A stretch of DNA of 55,645 nt from Candidatus Pacearchaeota archaeon CG1_02_39_14 (GCA_001872315.1 MNVZ01000026.1:1-55645); one strand, 5' to 3'; counted from the stretch's first letter, positions 27,091 to 38,179 are shown. Notes: generated from the letters alone by a model not told the origin. A program made the numbers and translations.

Positions 27091-30000
27091 AAGACAAGCA
27101 TTTACTCGTCAAAAAATATCTTGAGCAGCACTCATTGGTTGAGTCTAACATCCGTTCTTTTAATGACTTTATAGAGCACAGGATGCAGCAGATTGTCGAC
27201 GAGATTAATGAAAATATTAATAATGAAGATGTTGAAGTAAAGCTTGGAAAGATAAGAATAGGAAATCCAAATGTAATAGAGGCGGACGGAAGCATCACAA
27301 ACATAACACCTACTGAAGCGAGATTGAGAACCATAACTTATTCTGCCCCTGTTTTTGTCGAGCTCAATGTAACTTACGGAGAGCAGTCGGACAGCGCTGA
27401 AGTTGAAATAGGAAGAATCCCAATCATTGTCAGAAGCTCTGTTTGCAATACAAGCGGGATGAGCAAGAAAGAACTTATGGATAATTACATGGACCCTCTT
27501 GATCCCGGCGGATATTTCATAATCAATGGTAATGAAAGAATAATGATTATGACTGAAGACTTGGCACCAAACCAACCATTTATAGAAAAGGGAAGGCTGG
27601 GACTTACATTAAGGATATTCTCACAGAGAGGACCTTACAGAATACCAACAACTATATCAGAGACAAATGATGGAATTCTTGAAGTTGCATTTAGCAGGTT
27701 GAGAAATGTTCCTGCGATAGTCCTCACAAAGGCACTTGGGTTGACAAAAGAAGCTGACATCGCAAAGAATATCGGTGTTGAGGATGACTGCGTGATTGTA
27801 AATTTCTATGAATATGCAAACATCCAAAATTCAGAGGACGCCCTTCTGTTCATAGCTGAAAAGTCAGGAATCCAGGGAACAAAGAAAGAAGTTCTTGACA
27901 GGGTAAAGCAAAGGATTGACCCTTTCTTCCTGCCTCATATAGGATTGGATAAAAATTCAAGAATAGAAAAAGCGCTAACTTTGTGCAGGCTCCTGAAGCA
28001 GTACCTTAAGTCAAAGGATGACAGCAAGATAAGAACTGACAAAGACCACTATGCAAATAAGAGAGTAAAATTGTCAGGCGACCTTCTTGCCGACCTGTTC
28101 AGAGTCAACCTTAATATTCTTGTTAAGGACATTCAATACTCACTTCAGAAAGTTGTGAAGAGAAAGAAATTCTATTCTATAAAGACCATTGCAAAAAGCA
28201 CGCTGTTCAGCCATAGAATTGAGAGTGCAATAGCGACAGGAAGCTGGATAGGGGAGAGAACAGGCGTTACACAGAATATGCAGAAAAATAATTATCTTGA
28301 TATGCTTTCACATTTGCAGAGAGTTTCTTCTACACTTCCTGGGGAACAGGGAAACTTTATGGCAAGAACCCTTCATCCTACACATTACGGAAGATTCTGT
28401 CCTACTGAAACTCCTGAAGGGACTGAAATTGGGTTGAGAAAGAATCTTGCTATCCTGGCCAGGATTTCAACTGCAATAAAGTTTGATGAAGAGAAGGCAT
28501 TAAAGACTTTTGAGAATGCAGGACTTGACAGGAAGGGAGATGGAAATGCTGATGTCTTTTTCAACGGAAGATTCATAGGTACTGCAAACGACAAAAAAGA
28601 GTTTGCGGAAAAAGCAAGGGCTGCAAGAAGAAAAGGGGAGCTCCCTGGAGATCTAAGCATAAGAAGTTCGGGCACAAGTGGAGAGGTAGTAATATCAACT
28701 GAAATCGGAAGAGTCTTAAGGCCGCTTATTGTCTGTGAAAATGGAAATAGTAGGCTTACTGAAGAGCACATAAGAGGGCTTGAGGAAAATAAGATAACCT
28801 GGCAAGATCTTGTTGACAGTGGAGTTCTTGAGTATATTGATGCAGGAGAAGAGGAAGATGCATTTGTATGCCTTTACCCAGAAACACTTAATGACAAACA
28901 CACTCATCTCGAAATAGATCTTGTCGACCTTTTCGGGCTTATTACCTGTTTGGTTCCTTTCTGTAATCACGACCAGTCATCAAGATTGAACAAAGGAAGC
29001 AAGACTTTGAAGCAGAGCCTTGGAATCTACGCTGCGAATTACCTGACAAGACTTGACACTGATGTTTCTATCCTACACTACCCTCAGAGGCCTTTGGTAA
29101 GAAGCTTCATTTACGACGCTCTTGACATCTATCCTGCAGGACAGAACCTTGTTGTCGCAATAATGCCTTATGAATCATATAATGTTGAAGACGCAATAGT
29201 CCTGAATAAAGCGAGCGTTGACAGAGGTATGGGGAGAAGTACATACTTTAGACCGTACAAGGCGGTCGAGCTTCATTATGCCGGAGGATTGAGAGATGAA
29301 ATTGTTGTACCTGACAAAGATGTTTCAGGATACAGGACAGAGGAATCCTACAGGTTCCTTGAAGATGACGGGATTTCATATCCGGAAGCACAGGTTAAAT
29401 CAGCAGAAGTAATCATCGGAAAAGTCACTCCTCCTAAATTCCTTTCTGAAGCAAAGGATCTTAGCATCCAATCAAAGAAGGAAGGAAGCACGGCCATCAG
29501 GCAGGAAGAGCAGGGAATTGTTGACGCTGTATTTGTCACTGCAGACTCTGAAGGAAACAAGATAGCCCAGGTCAGAGTCAGAGACTTGAGAATTCCAGAG
29601 CCGGGAGACAAATATTCGGCTCCTCACGGACAAAAAGGAGTCATAGGGCTTATTGCAAAAGTTGATGATATTCCATTCACCTCATCAGGTATAAGGCCTG
29701 ACCTTATGTTCAATCCGCATGGAGTTCCAAGCAGAATGAGTATTGGTTACCTTATAGAGCTGATTGCAGGAAAAACTGCTGCTCTTTCAGGACAGATTGT
29801 CGACGGGACTGCATTTTCAGGACAGAAAGTTGAGTATTTTGAAGAACAGCTCCAGAGACTTGGATTCAGCCCAGACGGAAAGGAAACAATGTATAACGGA
29901 GTAACCGGAAAGAAGATGGATGTAAAGATATACATAGGTAACATGTACTATCTAAAACTCAAGTATATGGTGGCAAACAGGTTGCATGCAAGAGCTTCAG

Positions 30001-30338
30001 GAAAAGTTGCGCTATTAACAAGACAACCAATTGAAGGAAGATCAAGAGGAGGAGCATTGAGGCTTGGAGAAATGGAGCAGCAGGCACTTGTAGGGCATGG
30101 AGCGTCATTGCTTTTGAAGGAAAGATATGATTCTGACAAGACAGTTATGTACCTGTGCTCAAAGTGCGGGGGAGTCGGCTTTGAAGATATAATAAGAAAC
30201 AGGGTAGTGTGCTCTGTGTGTGGACACAATGAGGTTCACCCTGTTGAGGTCTCATATGCTTTCAAGCTACTGGTTGATGAGCTGCTTGGGCTTCACATCA
30301 CAACATCATTCGAATTAAAGAATAAATTTGAAAAATGA
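27087..30338 (+). CDS. rpoB: RNA polymerase subunit B (Rpo2), unsplit
   Basis: DPGGYFIINGNER, ETPEG, GDK...HGQKG, RLGEME, C-terminal zinc ribbon. Confidence 0.97.
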   Translation: MKDKHLLVKKYLEQHSLVESNIRSFNDFIEHRMQQIVDEINENINNEDVEVKLGKIRIGNPNVIEADGSITNITPTEARLRTITYSAPVFVELNVTYGEQSDSAEVEIGRIPIIVRSSVCNTSGMSKKELMDNYMDPLDPGGYFIINGNERIMIMTEDLAPNQPFIEKGRLGLTLRIFSQRGPYRIPTTISETNDGILEVAFSRLRNVPAIVLTKALGLTKEADIAKNIGVEDDCVIVNFYEYANIQNSEDALLFIAEKSGIQGTKKEVLDRVKQRIDPFFLPHIGLDKNSRIEKALTLCRLLKQYLKSKDDSKIRTDKDHYANKRVKLSGDLLADLFRVNLNILVKDIQYSLQKVVKRKKFYSIKTIAKSTLFSHRIESAIATGSWIGERTGVTQNMQKNNYLDMLSHLQRVSSTLPGEQGNFMARTLHPTHYGRFCPTETPEGTEIGLRKNLAILARISTAIKFDEEKALKTFENAGLDRKGDGNADVFFNGRFIGTANDKKEFAEKARAARRKGELPGDLSIRSSGTSGEVVISTEIGRVLRPLIVCENGNSRLTEEHIRGLEENKITWQDLVDSGVLEYIDAGEEEDAFVCLYPETLNDKHTHLEIDLVDLFGLITCLVPFCNHDQSSRLNKGSKTLKQSLGIYAANYLTRLDTDVSILHYPQRPLVRSFIYDALDIYPAGQNLVVAIMPYESYNVEDAIVLNKASVDRGMGRSTYFRPYKAVELHYAGGLRDEIVVPDKDVSGYRTEESYRFLEDDGISYPEAQVKSAEVIIGKVTPPKFLSEAKDLSIQSKKEGSTAIRQEEQGIVDAVFVTADSEGNKIAQVRVRDLRIPEPGDKYSAPHGQKGVIGLIAKVDDIPFTSSGIRPDLMFNPHGVPSRMSIGYLIELIAGKTAALSGQIVDGTAFSGQKVEYFEEQLQRLGFSPDGKETMYNGVTGKKMDVKIYIGNMYYLKLKYMVANRLHARASGKVALLTRQPIEGRSRGGALRLGEMEQQALVGHGASLLLKERYDSDKTVMYLCSKCGGVGFEDIIRNRVVCSVCGHNEVHPVEVSYAFKLLVDELLGLHITTSFELKNKFEK

Positions 30339-33300
30339 ACGACAAACATTTTAGAAAACAAGTAAGGGCATTGAGCTTCAGCTTAGTCAGTCCTGAAGTC
30401 ATAAAGAAGCTGAGCTCTGCAAAAATTGTCACTCCTGAACTTTATGATATAGACGGGTTCCCTGTTGATGGTGGGCTTATGGACTTGAGGCTTGGGGCCA
30501 TAGATCCAGGAGTAAGGTGTAGAACCTGTGGAAAGAGAGTGAAAGAATGCCCCGGGCATCCTGGACACATTGAGCTTGCAAGGCCTGTCCTTCACATCAA
30601 ATACATTCCTTTGATTGAATTGTTCATGAGAAGTTTCTGCCAAAACTGTGGAAAGCTGCTTCTTCCTGATGAGAAGCAAAAGCAGTATAATGCAGTTGAA
30701 AGGGCGAAGAAGGCAAGAGATAAGAAGAAGTGCCCTCATTGTGAATATCTGCAGGAAAAAGTGAGGCTGGAGAAACCAAGCTCATTCATGATTGGAAAGA
30801 GAAGAATATTCCCTACTGAAATAAGAGAGCTTCTTGTCAAGATACAGGACTCTGAAATAAAGAAGATAGGAGTCAATACAAAAACATGCAGGCCTGAATG
30901 GGGCATCCTGAGCCAGCTTCTGGTTCCAAGCGTGACTGTAAGAACATCCATCACCCTTGAAACAGGAGAAAGAAGCGAAGATGATTTGACTCACAAACTT
31001 TCTGACATAATAAGAAGCAACCAGAGATTGTGGGAAAACCTTAATGCCGGAGCTCCCGAAGTTATCATTGAAGACCTATGGGATTTGCTGCAGTATCATG
31101 TAACGACTTTCTTTGATAACAATATATCAAGAATTCCCCCTGCAAGACACAGAAGCGGACAGCCTCTGAAAACAATAACCGAAAGGATAAAGGGGAAGGA
31201 AGGAAGAATAAGAAAGAATCTTGCAGGAAAGAGAGTCAATTTCTCGTCCAGAACAGTAATCTCTCCTGATCCATATCTTAAAATAAATGAGGTAGGAGTC
31301 CCTTTTGAGATTGCAAAGATACTTACGGTTCCTGAAATGGTCACTTCACAGAATATTGAAGAATTAAGAAGGCTGATAAGAAAAGGAGAAAACCATCCCG
31401 GCGCAAATTACGTTGTAAGACCTGACGGGAGAAAGAAGAAGATAATTGAAGAGCTTAAGGAAGATTTATGCAATGAGATTGTTCCAGGGTATAGGGTTGA
31501 GAGACATATAAAAGACGGAGATGTTGTGCTTTTCAACAGATATCCTTCTTTGCACAAGAACAGCATAATGGCCCATTATGTGAAGATTCTTCCTGACAGA
31601 ACATTCAGGCTTCATCCTGCTGCAGTCTTCCCTTATAACGCTGACTTCGACGGAGACGAAATGAATATTCATGTGCCTCAAACGGAAGAGGCAAGAGCAG
31701 AAGCAAAAATCCTTCTTGATGTAAAAAATAATATGATTTCACCTAAGAATAATGTTAATCTTATAGGAACAATTGCCGATGCAGTTACAGGGTGCTACAT
31801 ATTAGGAAAGGATGATGTTGAAAAGGGCGAGGCAGACCAGCTTCTTTTCTCAACAGGAATAATAAACAATGTGAAAAAGAAAAAGATGGAAGGGAAAGAG
31901 GTGTTCGAACAGATTCTGCCTAAAGAAGCCAACATAAAGATACCGAAGGATATTCTAGGTGACAATTCTTTTGGCGCTGAAGGAGGAGAAATGATTAAAC
32001 TTATTGATAAGAGTGTTGGAAGAGATGAAGCATTCAATTCCGTTGACAGAGCATTCAAACTTGGGTCAAACTATCTTTCGAGAAAGGGATACACCCTCTC
32101 TGTAAGGGATGTCAATGTTTCTGACAAAATTAAGGAAATGACAAAGCAGATGATTGAGGATGCTGAAAAGAAAACTGAAAAGATTATAAAAGATTCCGAG
32201 GAAGGGAAACTTGAGCCAATTCCTGGAAAGAATATTGATGAATCAAGGGAAGTAAAAATTTCCCAGATATTGAACGAGGTCAGGACGGAGATAGGAAAGA
32301 TTGTGAAAGCACAATTCCCTGCAGACAGCAATGTCAGCAAGATGATTAACCCAGGAGCTGCAGGAAGCATGCTTAATATCACTCAAATCGGATGCTGTGT
32401 AGGCCAGCAATCTTTGTGGAACAAGAGAATCAGCTTCGGATATGCAGGAAGAACATTATCTTTCTTCGATAAGAAGGATATAGGGGCTGAAGCAAGAGGA
32501 TTCATTAAGTCATCTTATTTCGGAGGATTGAGGCCTACTGAATATTTTTTCGGCGCTATAACAGGAAGAGACGGACTGATGGACACTGCTTTGAGAACTC
32601 CAAAATCGGGATACCTGTACAGAAGACTTGTTTCTGCATTGCAGGACTTGAAAGTTGAGTACGATTTGACTGTCAGAGATGCATCTGAAAACATAGTCCA
32701 GTTTATGGCAGCAGGTGACGGGATTGATGTTGCCGGGCTTCACCTGAACCAGAAGATTGCGCCAGGAGAAGCAATCGGCGTTGTTACATCCCAGAGCTTT
32801 GGAGAGGCATCCACGCAGATGGTCCTGAACGTTTTCCACTCTGCAGGTGTTGCGGAAATGCAGGTTACGCAGGGGCTTCCAAGATTAATAGAGATTTTTG
32901 ATGCAAGAAAGAACCCTTCAACTCCTTTGATGGAGATTTACCTTGATAAAGACAATAACAACGAGAAGGATGCGAGAACAATTGCTGAAAAAATAAAAGA
33001 AGTCACCGTTGAAGAGATTGCAAACAGGATAAAGATAGATTTCACAGGCAAAAAAATTGAAATAGAGACGGATAATAATTCATTGAGAAGCGTGCATGCA
33101 GGAATCCAGAAGATTGTTGATAGACTGAATGAAAAGGGATATAGCGCTAAAGCAAACGACATGAAGATAATCTTAAGCACTCCTGACCTTGATTTCAGAG
33201 GGATGTACAAGTTCAAGGAAAAGCTTAGAAAGACAATCATCTCCGGAGTAAGCAAGATTTCACAGGTGGTTGTTGCAAAGAGAGGAAAGGATTATGTCAT

Positions 33301-33772
33301 CCTGACATCCGGAACAAACCTAAGGGATATTCTTGAGATTAAAGGGGTTGACAGGGATAAAGTCACAACAAACGATATTCATGAGACTGCGGATGTCCTT
33401 GGAATTGAAGCCGCAAGACAGACAATAATAGAAGAGATAAATAAAGTTCTTGAGGGGCAGGGACTTGATATCAACGAAAGGCACCTTGAGCTTATTGCAG
33501 ATGCAATGACTTCCTCCGGTGTCGTCAGGGGAGTTACAAGAATGGGAATCATCTCACATAAGAGCAGCGTTTTTGCAAGAGCTGCTTTCGAAACTCCTGA
33601 CAAGCAATTTATCAATGCAACAATACAGGGAAGCAAGGATGCACTTGCATCAGTCATAGAGAATATAATGCTTAACCAGCCTGTTCCCGTCGGTACAGGG
33701 CTTCCAGGACTTCTTGTGAAAGTGACAGGGCCATTGACAAACAAAAAAGTCAAGCAGAAAAAGGAAGAATAG
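30335..33772 (+). CDS. rpoA: RNA polymerase subunit A, fused A'+A'' (Rpo1)
   Basis: CPGHPGHIEL, NADFDGDEMN, SGYLYRR, then in the same ORF PGEAIG, TQGLPRLIE, ARAAFE, PVGTG. Confidence 0.96.
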   Translation: MNDKHFRKQVRALSFSLVSPEVIKKLSSAKIVTPELYDIDGFPVDGGLMDLRLGAIDPGVRCRTCGKRVKECPGHPGHIELARPVLHIKYIPLIELFMRSFCQNCGKLLLPDEKQKQYNAVERAKKARDKKKCPHCEYLQEKVRLEKPSSFMIGKRRIFPTEIRELLVKIQDSEIKKIGVNTKTCRPEWGILSQLLVPSVTVRTSITLETGERSEDDLTHKLSDIIRSNQRLWENLNAGAPEVIIEDLWDLLQYHVTTFFDNNISRIPPARHRSGQPLKTITERIKGKEGRIRKNLAGKRVNFSSRTVISPDPYLKINEVGVPFEIAKILTVPEMVTSQNIEELRRLIRKGENHPGANYVVRPDGRKKKIIEELKEDLCNEIVPGYRVERHIKDGDVVLFNRYPSLHKNSIMAHYVKILPDRTFRLHPAAVFPYNADFDGDEMNIHVPQTEEARAEAKILLDVKNNMISPKNNVNLIGTIADAVTGCYILGKDDVEKGEADQLLFSTGIINNVKKKKMEGKEVFEQILPKEANIKIPKDILGDNSFGAEGGEMIKLIDKSVGRDEAFNSVDRAFKLGSNYLSRKGYTLSVRDVNVSDKIKEMTKQMIEDAEKKTEKIIKDSEEGKLEPIPGKNIDESREVKISQILNEVRTEIGKIVKAQFPADSNVSKMINPGAAGSMLNITQIGCCVGQQSLWNKRISFGYAGRTLSFFDKKDIGAEARGFIKSSYFGGLRPTEYFFGAITGRDGLMDTALRTPKSGYLYRRLVSALQDLKVEYDLTVRDASENIVQFMAAGDGIDVAGLHLNQKIAPGEAIGVVTSQSFGEASTQMVLNVFHSAGVAEMQVTQGLPRLIEIFDARKNPSTPLMEIYLDKDNNNEKDARTIAEKIKEVTVEEIANRIKIDFTGKKIEIETDNNSLRSVHAGIQKIVDRLNEKGYSAKANDMKIILSTPDLDFRGMYKFKEKLRKTIISGVSKISQVVVAKRGKDYVILTSGTNLRDILEIKGVDRDKVTTNDIHETADVLGIEAARQTIIEEINKVLEGQGLDINERHLELIADAMTSSGVVRGVTRMGIISHKSSVFARAAFETPDKQFINATIQGSKDALASVIENIMLNQPVPVGTGLPGLLVKVTGPLTNKKVKQKKEE

Positions 33773-33843
33773 AAAGTTCTTATTAAATTAAATCCCGGAA
33801 TTAAAGATAAATTTATAAACTAACCTAGTACCATAAATAAAAG

Positions 33844-34083
33844 ATGGTAGTCGAACTTAAAAAGTCAATCGACGCTGGAAAGGTGTTCTTTGGGATCAGG
33901 CAGAGTCTGAAAAACTCGGGCAGATTAAAGAGGACTTACATCCCAAGCGATGCAAGAGAAGAGACAATTGAGATGCTGAAAAAAAACAAGATAGAATTTG
34001 ACGTTCTTGAGGTTTCAAAAGAAGAGGCTGCCCAAAAGCTGGAGCTTGATTTTCTTTGTGAAGTTTTTGGTATGAGGAAGTAA
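33844..34083 (+). CDS. rpl30e: Ribosomal protein eL30-like (short, divergent)
   Basis: GKVFFG.RQ.LK motif; canonical position between rpoA and nusA. Confidence 0.7.
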   Translation: MVVELKKSIDAGKVFFGIRQSLKNSGRLKRTYIPSDAREETIEMLKKNKIEFDVLEVSKEEAAQKLELDFLCEVFGMRK

Positions 34084-34087
34084 AATA

Positions 34088-34504
34088 ATGGCAGGAACAA
34101 TAACGATGCAGAAGATGAGATATATCAATTCCCTTAACCAGGTTTCCAGAGTAAGGACAAGCCGGTGCTTTGTATATAATAATACAATATTTTTTGCTGT
34201 TCCAAGAGAATTCGTTTCAAAGGCCATAGGGACCGGAGCAAAGAACATAAGAACGCTCCAGGATATTTTTAGCAAGAGGGTAAAAATAATAATTGAGCCT
34301 GCTGGAAATTATGACGCTGAAAGATTCATAAGAAGCGTTGTTGATCCTGTCCAGTTCAAGTCGCTTGAAGAAAAAGAAGACCATTTTGTCCTGAATGCAG
34401 GGAGCAGAAACAAGGCTGCTTTGATTGGAAGAAATAAGAGAAGGCTGATAGAGTTGAGCCAGATTATGATAGATAATTTTGGAAAGGCGTTAAGGATTGT
34501 TTGA
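34088..34504 (+). CDS. nusA: Archaeal NusA (two KH domains)
   Basis: KAIG.G..NI and LIGRN motifs; synteny. Confidence 0.85.
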   Translation: MAGTITMQKMRYINSLNQVSRVRTSRCFVYNNTIFFAVPREFVSKAIGTGAKNIRTLQDIFSKRVKIIIEPAGNYDAERFIRSVVDPVQFKSLEEKEDHFVLNAGSRNKAALIGRNKRRLIELSQIMIDNFGKALRIV

Positions 34505-34598
34505 GAATAAGAATTTCTTTTCCTGTACTTCATCTTGAATAAATGTGTGACTTCCGAGTTATAAAAACATTTAAATAATACGAACTTCATTATTACTT

Positions 34599-35408
34599 AT
34601 GGTCAAACAAGCCAGAGGTGGCTTGGTGCAGAGAGTCGCTGCTATGGGTGGCTTGGTTGCTACCCTCTCATTTAGTTCTGGCTGTCCAAATTCTTCTATT
34701 GGTCCTATTGATTATGACAGGCTTACCAGTGCTGTCGGCGGAATGGTTGCGGGATATAAGAGCCAAACTACTACGGGAAAAAAATCTGCCGCCTATGGGG
34801 AATTGAGTGGCATGCTCATAAGGGAATCGCAGATGCATGGAAATGTGAGGGCTGCAAGGGAAGGCAGAGATCAGGTTATTGTTAATAATGGAAATCCCAG
34901 AATTACAGAAGAAAGAGAAGTTGTATATAACCTCAAAGAGCCTTATGTAATTGATGGAAGAACTGGCGAAATAAGGCCGGCTAATGCACCAAGAACAGAA
35001 CAGAAGAAAACAATAAACGGGCTCTTTAATTCCAAAGATTTTGGGTCTGTTGTTATGGGAACCTGCAACTATATGGGGGACTTTGATAATGACGGTATGT
35101 TAGATTATCCTGAAGAATTTCTGTCAGATAATGAGCCTGGGATGAAGGATGTCTTTAAAATGAATGAAAAGATAACACTGCAATACGGAGCATCAAGACA
35201 GATTCCAAATATTGGTCTGAAACTCTTCGATTCCGAAGGAAGAGTCGTTGATGAATTTACATCTGATGAGAGCCTTTGGGCAGTTCAAAGGATATACAAC
35301 TTCGGGGAAGACTCTGATGCCCATCTCCATTCTGGCAAATACAGGACTGTGTGGTATTCGGGAGAAAAATTCATAGGATCATGGACATTTGAGGTGAAGA
35401 ATGAATAG
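34599..35408 (+). CDS. Putative lipoprotein with DxDxDG calcium-binding loop
   Basis: Lipobox-like SSGC; DFDNDGMLDYPEE; beta-rich C-terminus. Confidence 0.65.
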   Translation: MVKQARGGLVQRVAAMGGLVATLSFSSGCPNSSIGPIDYDRLTSAVGGMVAGYKSQTTTGKKSAAYGELSGMLIRESQMHGNVRAAREGRDQVIVNNGNPRITEEREVVYNLKEPYVIDGRTGEIRPANAPRTEQKKTINGLFNSKDFGSVVMGTCNYMGDFDNDGMLDYPEEFLSDNEPGMKDVFKMNEKITLQYGASRQIPNIGLKLFDSEGRVVDEFTSDESLWAVQRIYNFGEDSDAHLHSGKYRTVWYSGEKFIGSWTFEVKNE

Positions 35409-35937
35409 CCGAGCTTACTTGAGTGGATTGGCTGCTTTAACTCTAGGAGTTGTAGGTTGTGCTGGCTCGCAGGAAGGCCTTCCCGATAGAGTTCTTCAAG
35501 AAGATTTCAGAGAATTAAGATTAGAACCCGATAGTTTAGGGGGCTTACCAATTAGTGTAGAAGGAGCAGACCCAAGGTACACCGGAGAAGTTGTAGGGCT
35601 GAATCAGGACAATTTTTATGAGTTTGTAGAAAAAGGAAATAAAGTTGTGCTCGCCTATGCTGGATGGGATAGAAACTCACAAAAGATGTATCCTATTTTA
35701 GAAAAAGTAGCATCTGAAAATCTTTCTGTTGGTTTCGGGTTAGTTGACAAAGAATCCAACGAAAATTTTTGGAGACAGGAATTCGTAAAAAACAGAGCAA
35801 AGGAGGGAAAAAGAATTGTGGTATTTGTCCCTTCCCTTATCTTTTATAGGGATGGAAAGGAAGTGAAATTATTGCCCGGATATATCGATTATTCCAAATT
35901 CAATTCCGAACTTAGAGAGCATTACAGAAAAAAGTAG
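35401..35937 (+). CDS. Thioredoxin-fold lipoprotein lacking CxxC
   Basis: Lipobox VVGC; YAGWDRNS in place of WCxxC; VPSLIFYRDGKEV. Confidence 0.75.
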   Translation: MNSRAYLSGLAALTLGVVGCAGSQEGLPDRVLQEDFRELRLEPDSLGGLPISVEGADPRYTGEVVGLNQDNFYEFVEKGNKVVLAYAGWDRNSQKMYPILEKVASENLSVGFGLVDKESNENFWRQEFVKNRAKEGKRIVVFVPSLIFYRDGKEVKLLPGYIDYSKFNSELREHYRKK

Positions 35938-35985
35938 CTTCGCTTATTCAAGAATATTTATAAATCACTTGTGTGTAACTATTTG

Positions 35986-38115
35986 ATGAATGAAAAGAGG
36001 GTAATTGCTGTTAATTACATTATGTGTGATTTACAGATTTCTTTATTAATTCTTGCTATTTTTTCGTTCGCATTCATTATAGGAGGCGCAAGCGTGGCTG
36101 GCGCTCAAGAAGTTCCGGTAAAAACAAATAGTGTTTCCGGCATATTTAAGGAAGGGGACAAATTTTTCAAATATGGTCCTGGCGGAGTTGGTCCTCCTGC
36201 TGAAATAACTAAAGAACAGGCAATAGCGGAAGGATATAAACCGGCGGTTGTGGAAGGTTCAAAATACTCAAAGGATTTCTTTGGAATTCCACTGACTGGG
36301 GGGGTTGCGCATCTCGTTGAAGGGCTTATGTTTGCAGGGCTTGTTGCGGGGATGATACAGCTTGTTGGAGGGATTGCGGGATTTGACGAAGGATTGACCA
36401 ATGCACTTACTATTGCCTCCTTTGGAGGAATAATGACTTACAAAGGAATTCTTGCTGCTGCGGAAGAGGGATTTTTCGGGCTGACAAAGGATAGTGTCCT
36501 TACTCAAAATGCTGGGCTTATAGGAATCGGTGTGGCAGTTGCGATTTTTGTCCTGACTTACAAAGACGAAAGTACTAAGAAAGTTAATTTCGAGTGCCTT
36601 CCATGGGAAGCTCCTTTAGGAGGAAAAGATTGTGAATTATGCAACGACGATATGCAAAGCTGTTCTGAATACAGATGCAAGTCTCTGGGGCAGGCGTGTG
36701 ACATAGTGAACAAGGGAACTGCTGAAGAAAGCTGTGTCTGGATAAGCCCTAATGATGTTACTTCCCCTCTAATAACTCCGTGGGAAGAGCCTCTTACGGA
36801 AGGACACAGATATACAAATCATGATACACTTCCTCCAAGCTTGGGGGCAAAGATTGTAAGAAATCCAGATAATTGCATACAGGCATTCACTCCTTTAGAA
36901 TTTGGAATACAAACGGATGAGCCTGCGCAATGCAAGATTGATATAGTGCATAGCAATGGAACAGGACAGGAAGTATTTGACGGAATGAATTATTATTTTG
37001 GAAACAGCTTCTACGCTTATAATCATACTGAAAAGATGAACCTTCCGGGACCGGGAGCTTTGCAGAATGCCCTAAATGGTACAGGATTTGATGCCCCTGA
37101 AATCCCGGTTGATGGAATCTACAACTTCTATGTCAGATGCAGGGATGCAAACGGAAACTTTAATGTCCAGGAATTTGTGTTCCAGATTTGCGTTGACCCT
37201 AGCCCTGATACAACCCCTCCTGTGCTTGTTGACACTTCCATAAAGTCAGGAAGCTTCGTTGGATTTGAAAAAGATGAGGTTGATGTTGACTTCTACATAA
37301 ACGAACCAAGTGAATGTAAGTGGGATAAAGAGTCAAAGAGCTATGATGAGATGGCCAACGAAATGTCGTGCAGCACGGAAATATATGAAATAAATGCCCA
37401 GCAGACATATACCTGCTCAACAACGCTTACAGGAATAGAAGACAGAAAGGAAAATAAATTCTATGTGAGATGCAAAGACCAGCCCGGTTCTCCTGAAAAT
37501 GAAAGGAATGTGAATACGCAAAGCCAGGAATTCATCCTGAAGGGAAGCCAGCCACTGAATATTGTGGAAGTAGAGCCAAACGGGACTATATTTGGGAGCA
37601 CAAGAAGCGTCAGCGTTAACCTTACTGTTGAAACTTCTGATGGGGCCGAGGAAGGAAAGGCCTTATGCTACTTCAGCAGCGACGGAGAGGAAGGAAGCTA
37701 CATATCTATGTTTAACAGCGACAGCTTCAGGCACAGCCAGCTTCTGCAGCTGACAGAAGGGGATTACAATTATCATTTCAGATGCATAGATGCCGGAGGA
37801 AACAGCGCAGAGGAAACCACAAATTTCAGGGTTGAGGTGGATACAGAAGCCCCAAGAGTTACAAGGGCTTATAGGGCTGATGGGTTGAAGATAGTCACAG
37901 ACGAGGATGCTGAATGTGTATATTCCCTGAACAGCTGCAATTATGTGTTTGATGAAGGGTTAAGGATGATTTACAGCAACCCAAACATAAAGAATGTGCA
38001 TTTCGCCGAGTGGCAGAGCAATCTGGTTTATTACATAAAGTGCAGGGACTTCTATGATAATGAGCCAAGCCCGGACGCCTGCTCTATAATTGCAAGCGCC
38101 AGCAATGTCAGGTAA
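35986..38115 (+). CDS. Large Cys-rich membrane/surface protein with repeated Ig-like modules
   Basis: Hydrophobic N-terminal third; repeated T(D/N)E...C and Y.(R/K)C.D..GN motifs; start uncertain. Confidence 0.75.
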   Translation: MNEKRVIAVNYIMCDLQISLLILAIFSFAFIIGGASVAGAQEVPVKTNSVSGIFKEGDKFFKYGPGGVGPPAEITKEQAIAEGYKPAVVEGSKYSKDFFGIPLTGGVAHLVEGLMFAGLVAGMIQLVGGIAGFDEGLTNALTIASFGGIMTYKGILAAAEEGFFGLTKDSVLTQNAGLIGIGVAVAIFVLTYKDESTKKVNFECLPWEAPLGGKDCELCNDDMQSCSEYRCKSLGQACDIVNKGTAEESCVWISPNDVTSPLITPWEEPLTEGHRYTNHDTLPPSLGAKIVRNPDNCIQAFTPLEFGIQTDEPAQCKIDIVHSNGTGQEVFDGMNYYFGNSFYAYNHTEKMNLPGPGALQNALNGTGFDAPEIPVDGIYNFYVRCRDANGNFNVQEFVFQICVDPSPDTTPPVLVDTSIKSGSFVGFEKDEVDVDFYINEPSECKWDKESKSYDEMANEMSCSTEIYEINAQQTYTCSTTLTGIEDRKENKFYVRCKDQPGSPENERNVNTQSQEFILKGSQPLNIVEVEPNGTIFGSTRSVSVNLTVETSDGAEEGKALCYFSSDGEEGSYISMFNSDSFRHSQLLQLTEGDYNYHFRCIDAGGNSAEETTNFRVEVDTEAPRVTRAYRADGLKIVTDEDAECVYSLNSCNYVFDEGLRMIYSNPNIKNVHFAEWQSNLVYYIKCRDFYDNEPSPDACSIIASASNVR

Positions 38116-38179
38116 ATATAGGGCACGAGGGAGAATATACTAAGACAAGATTTAAAAAGCGTCTTTTTCTAACACAAGA

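Noticed and set aside
19325..33772. Inteins in NrdJ, RpoB or RpoA
   Set aside because: Lengths are normal or short and no splice-junction or homing endonuclease motifs were seen
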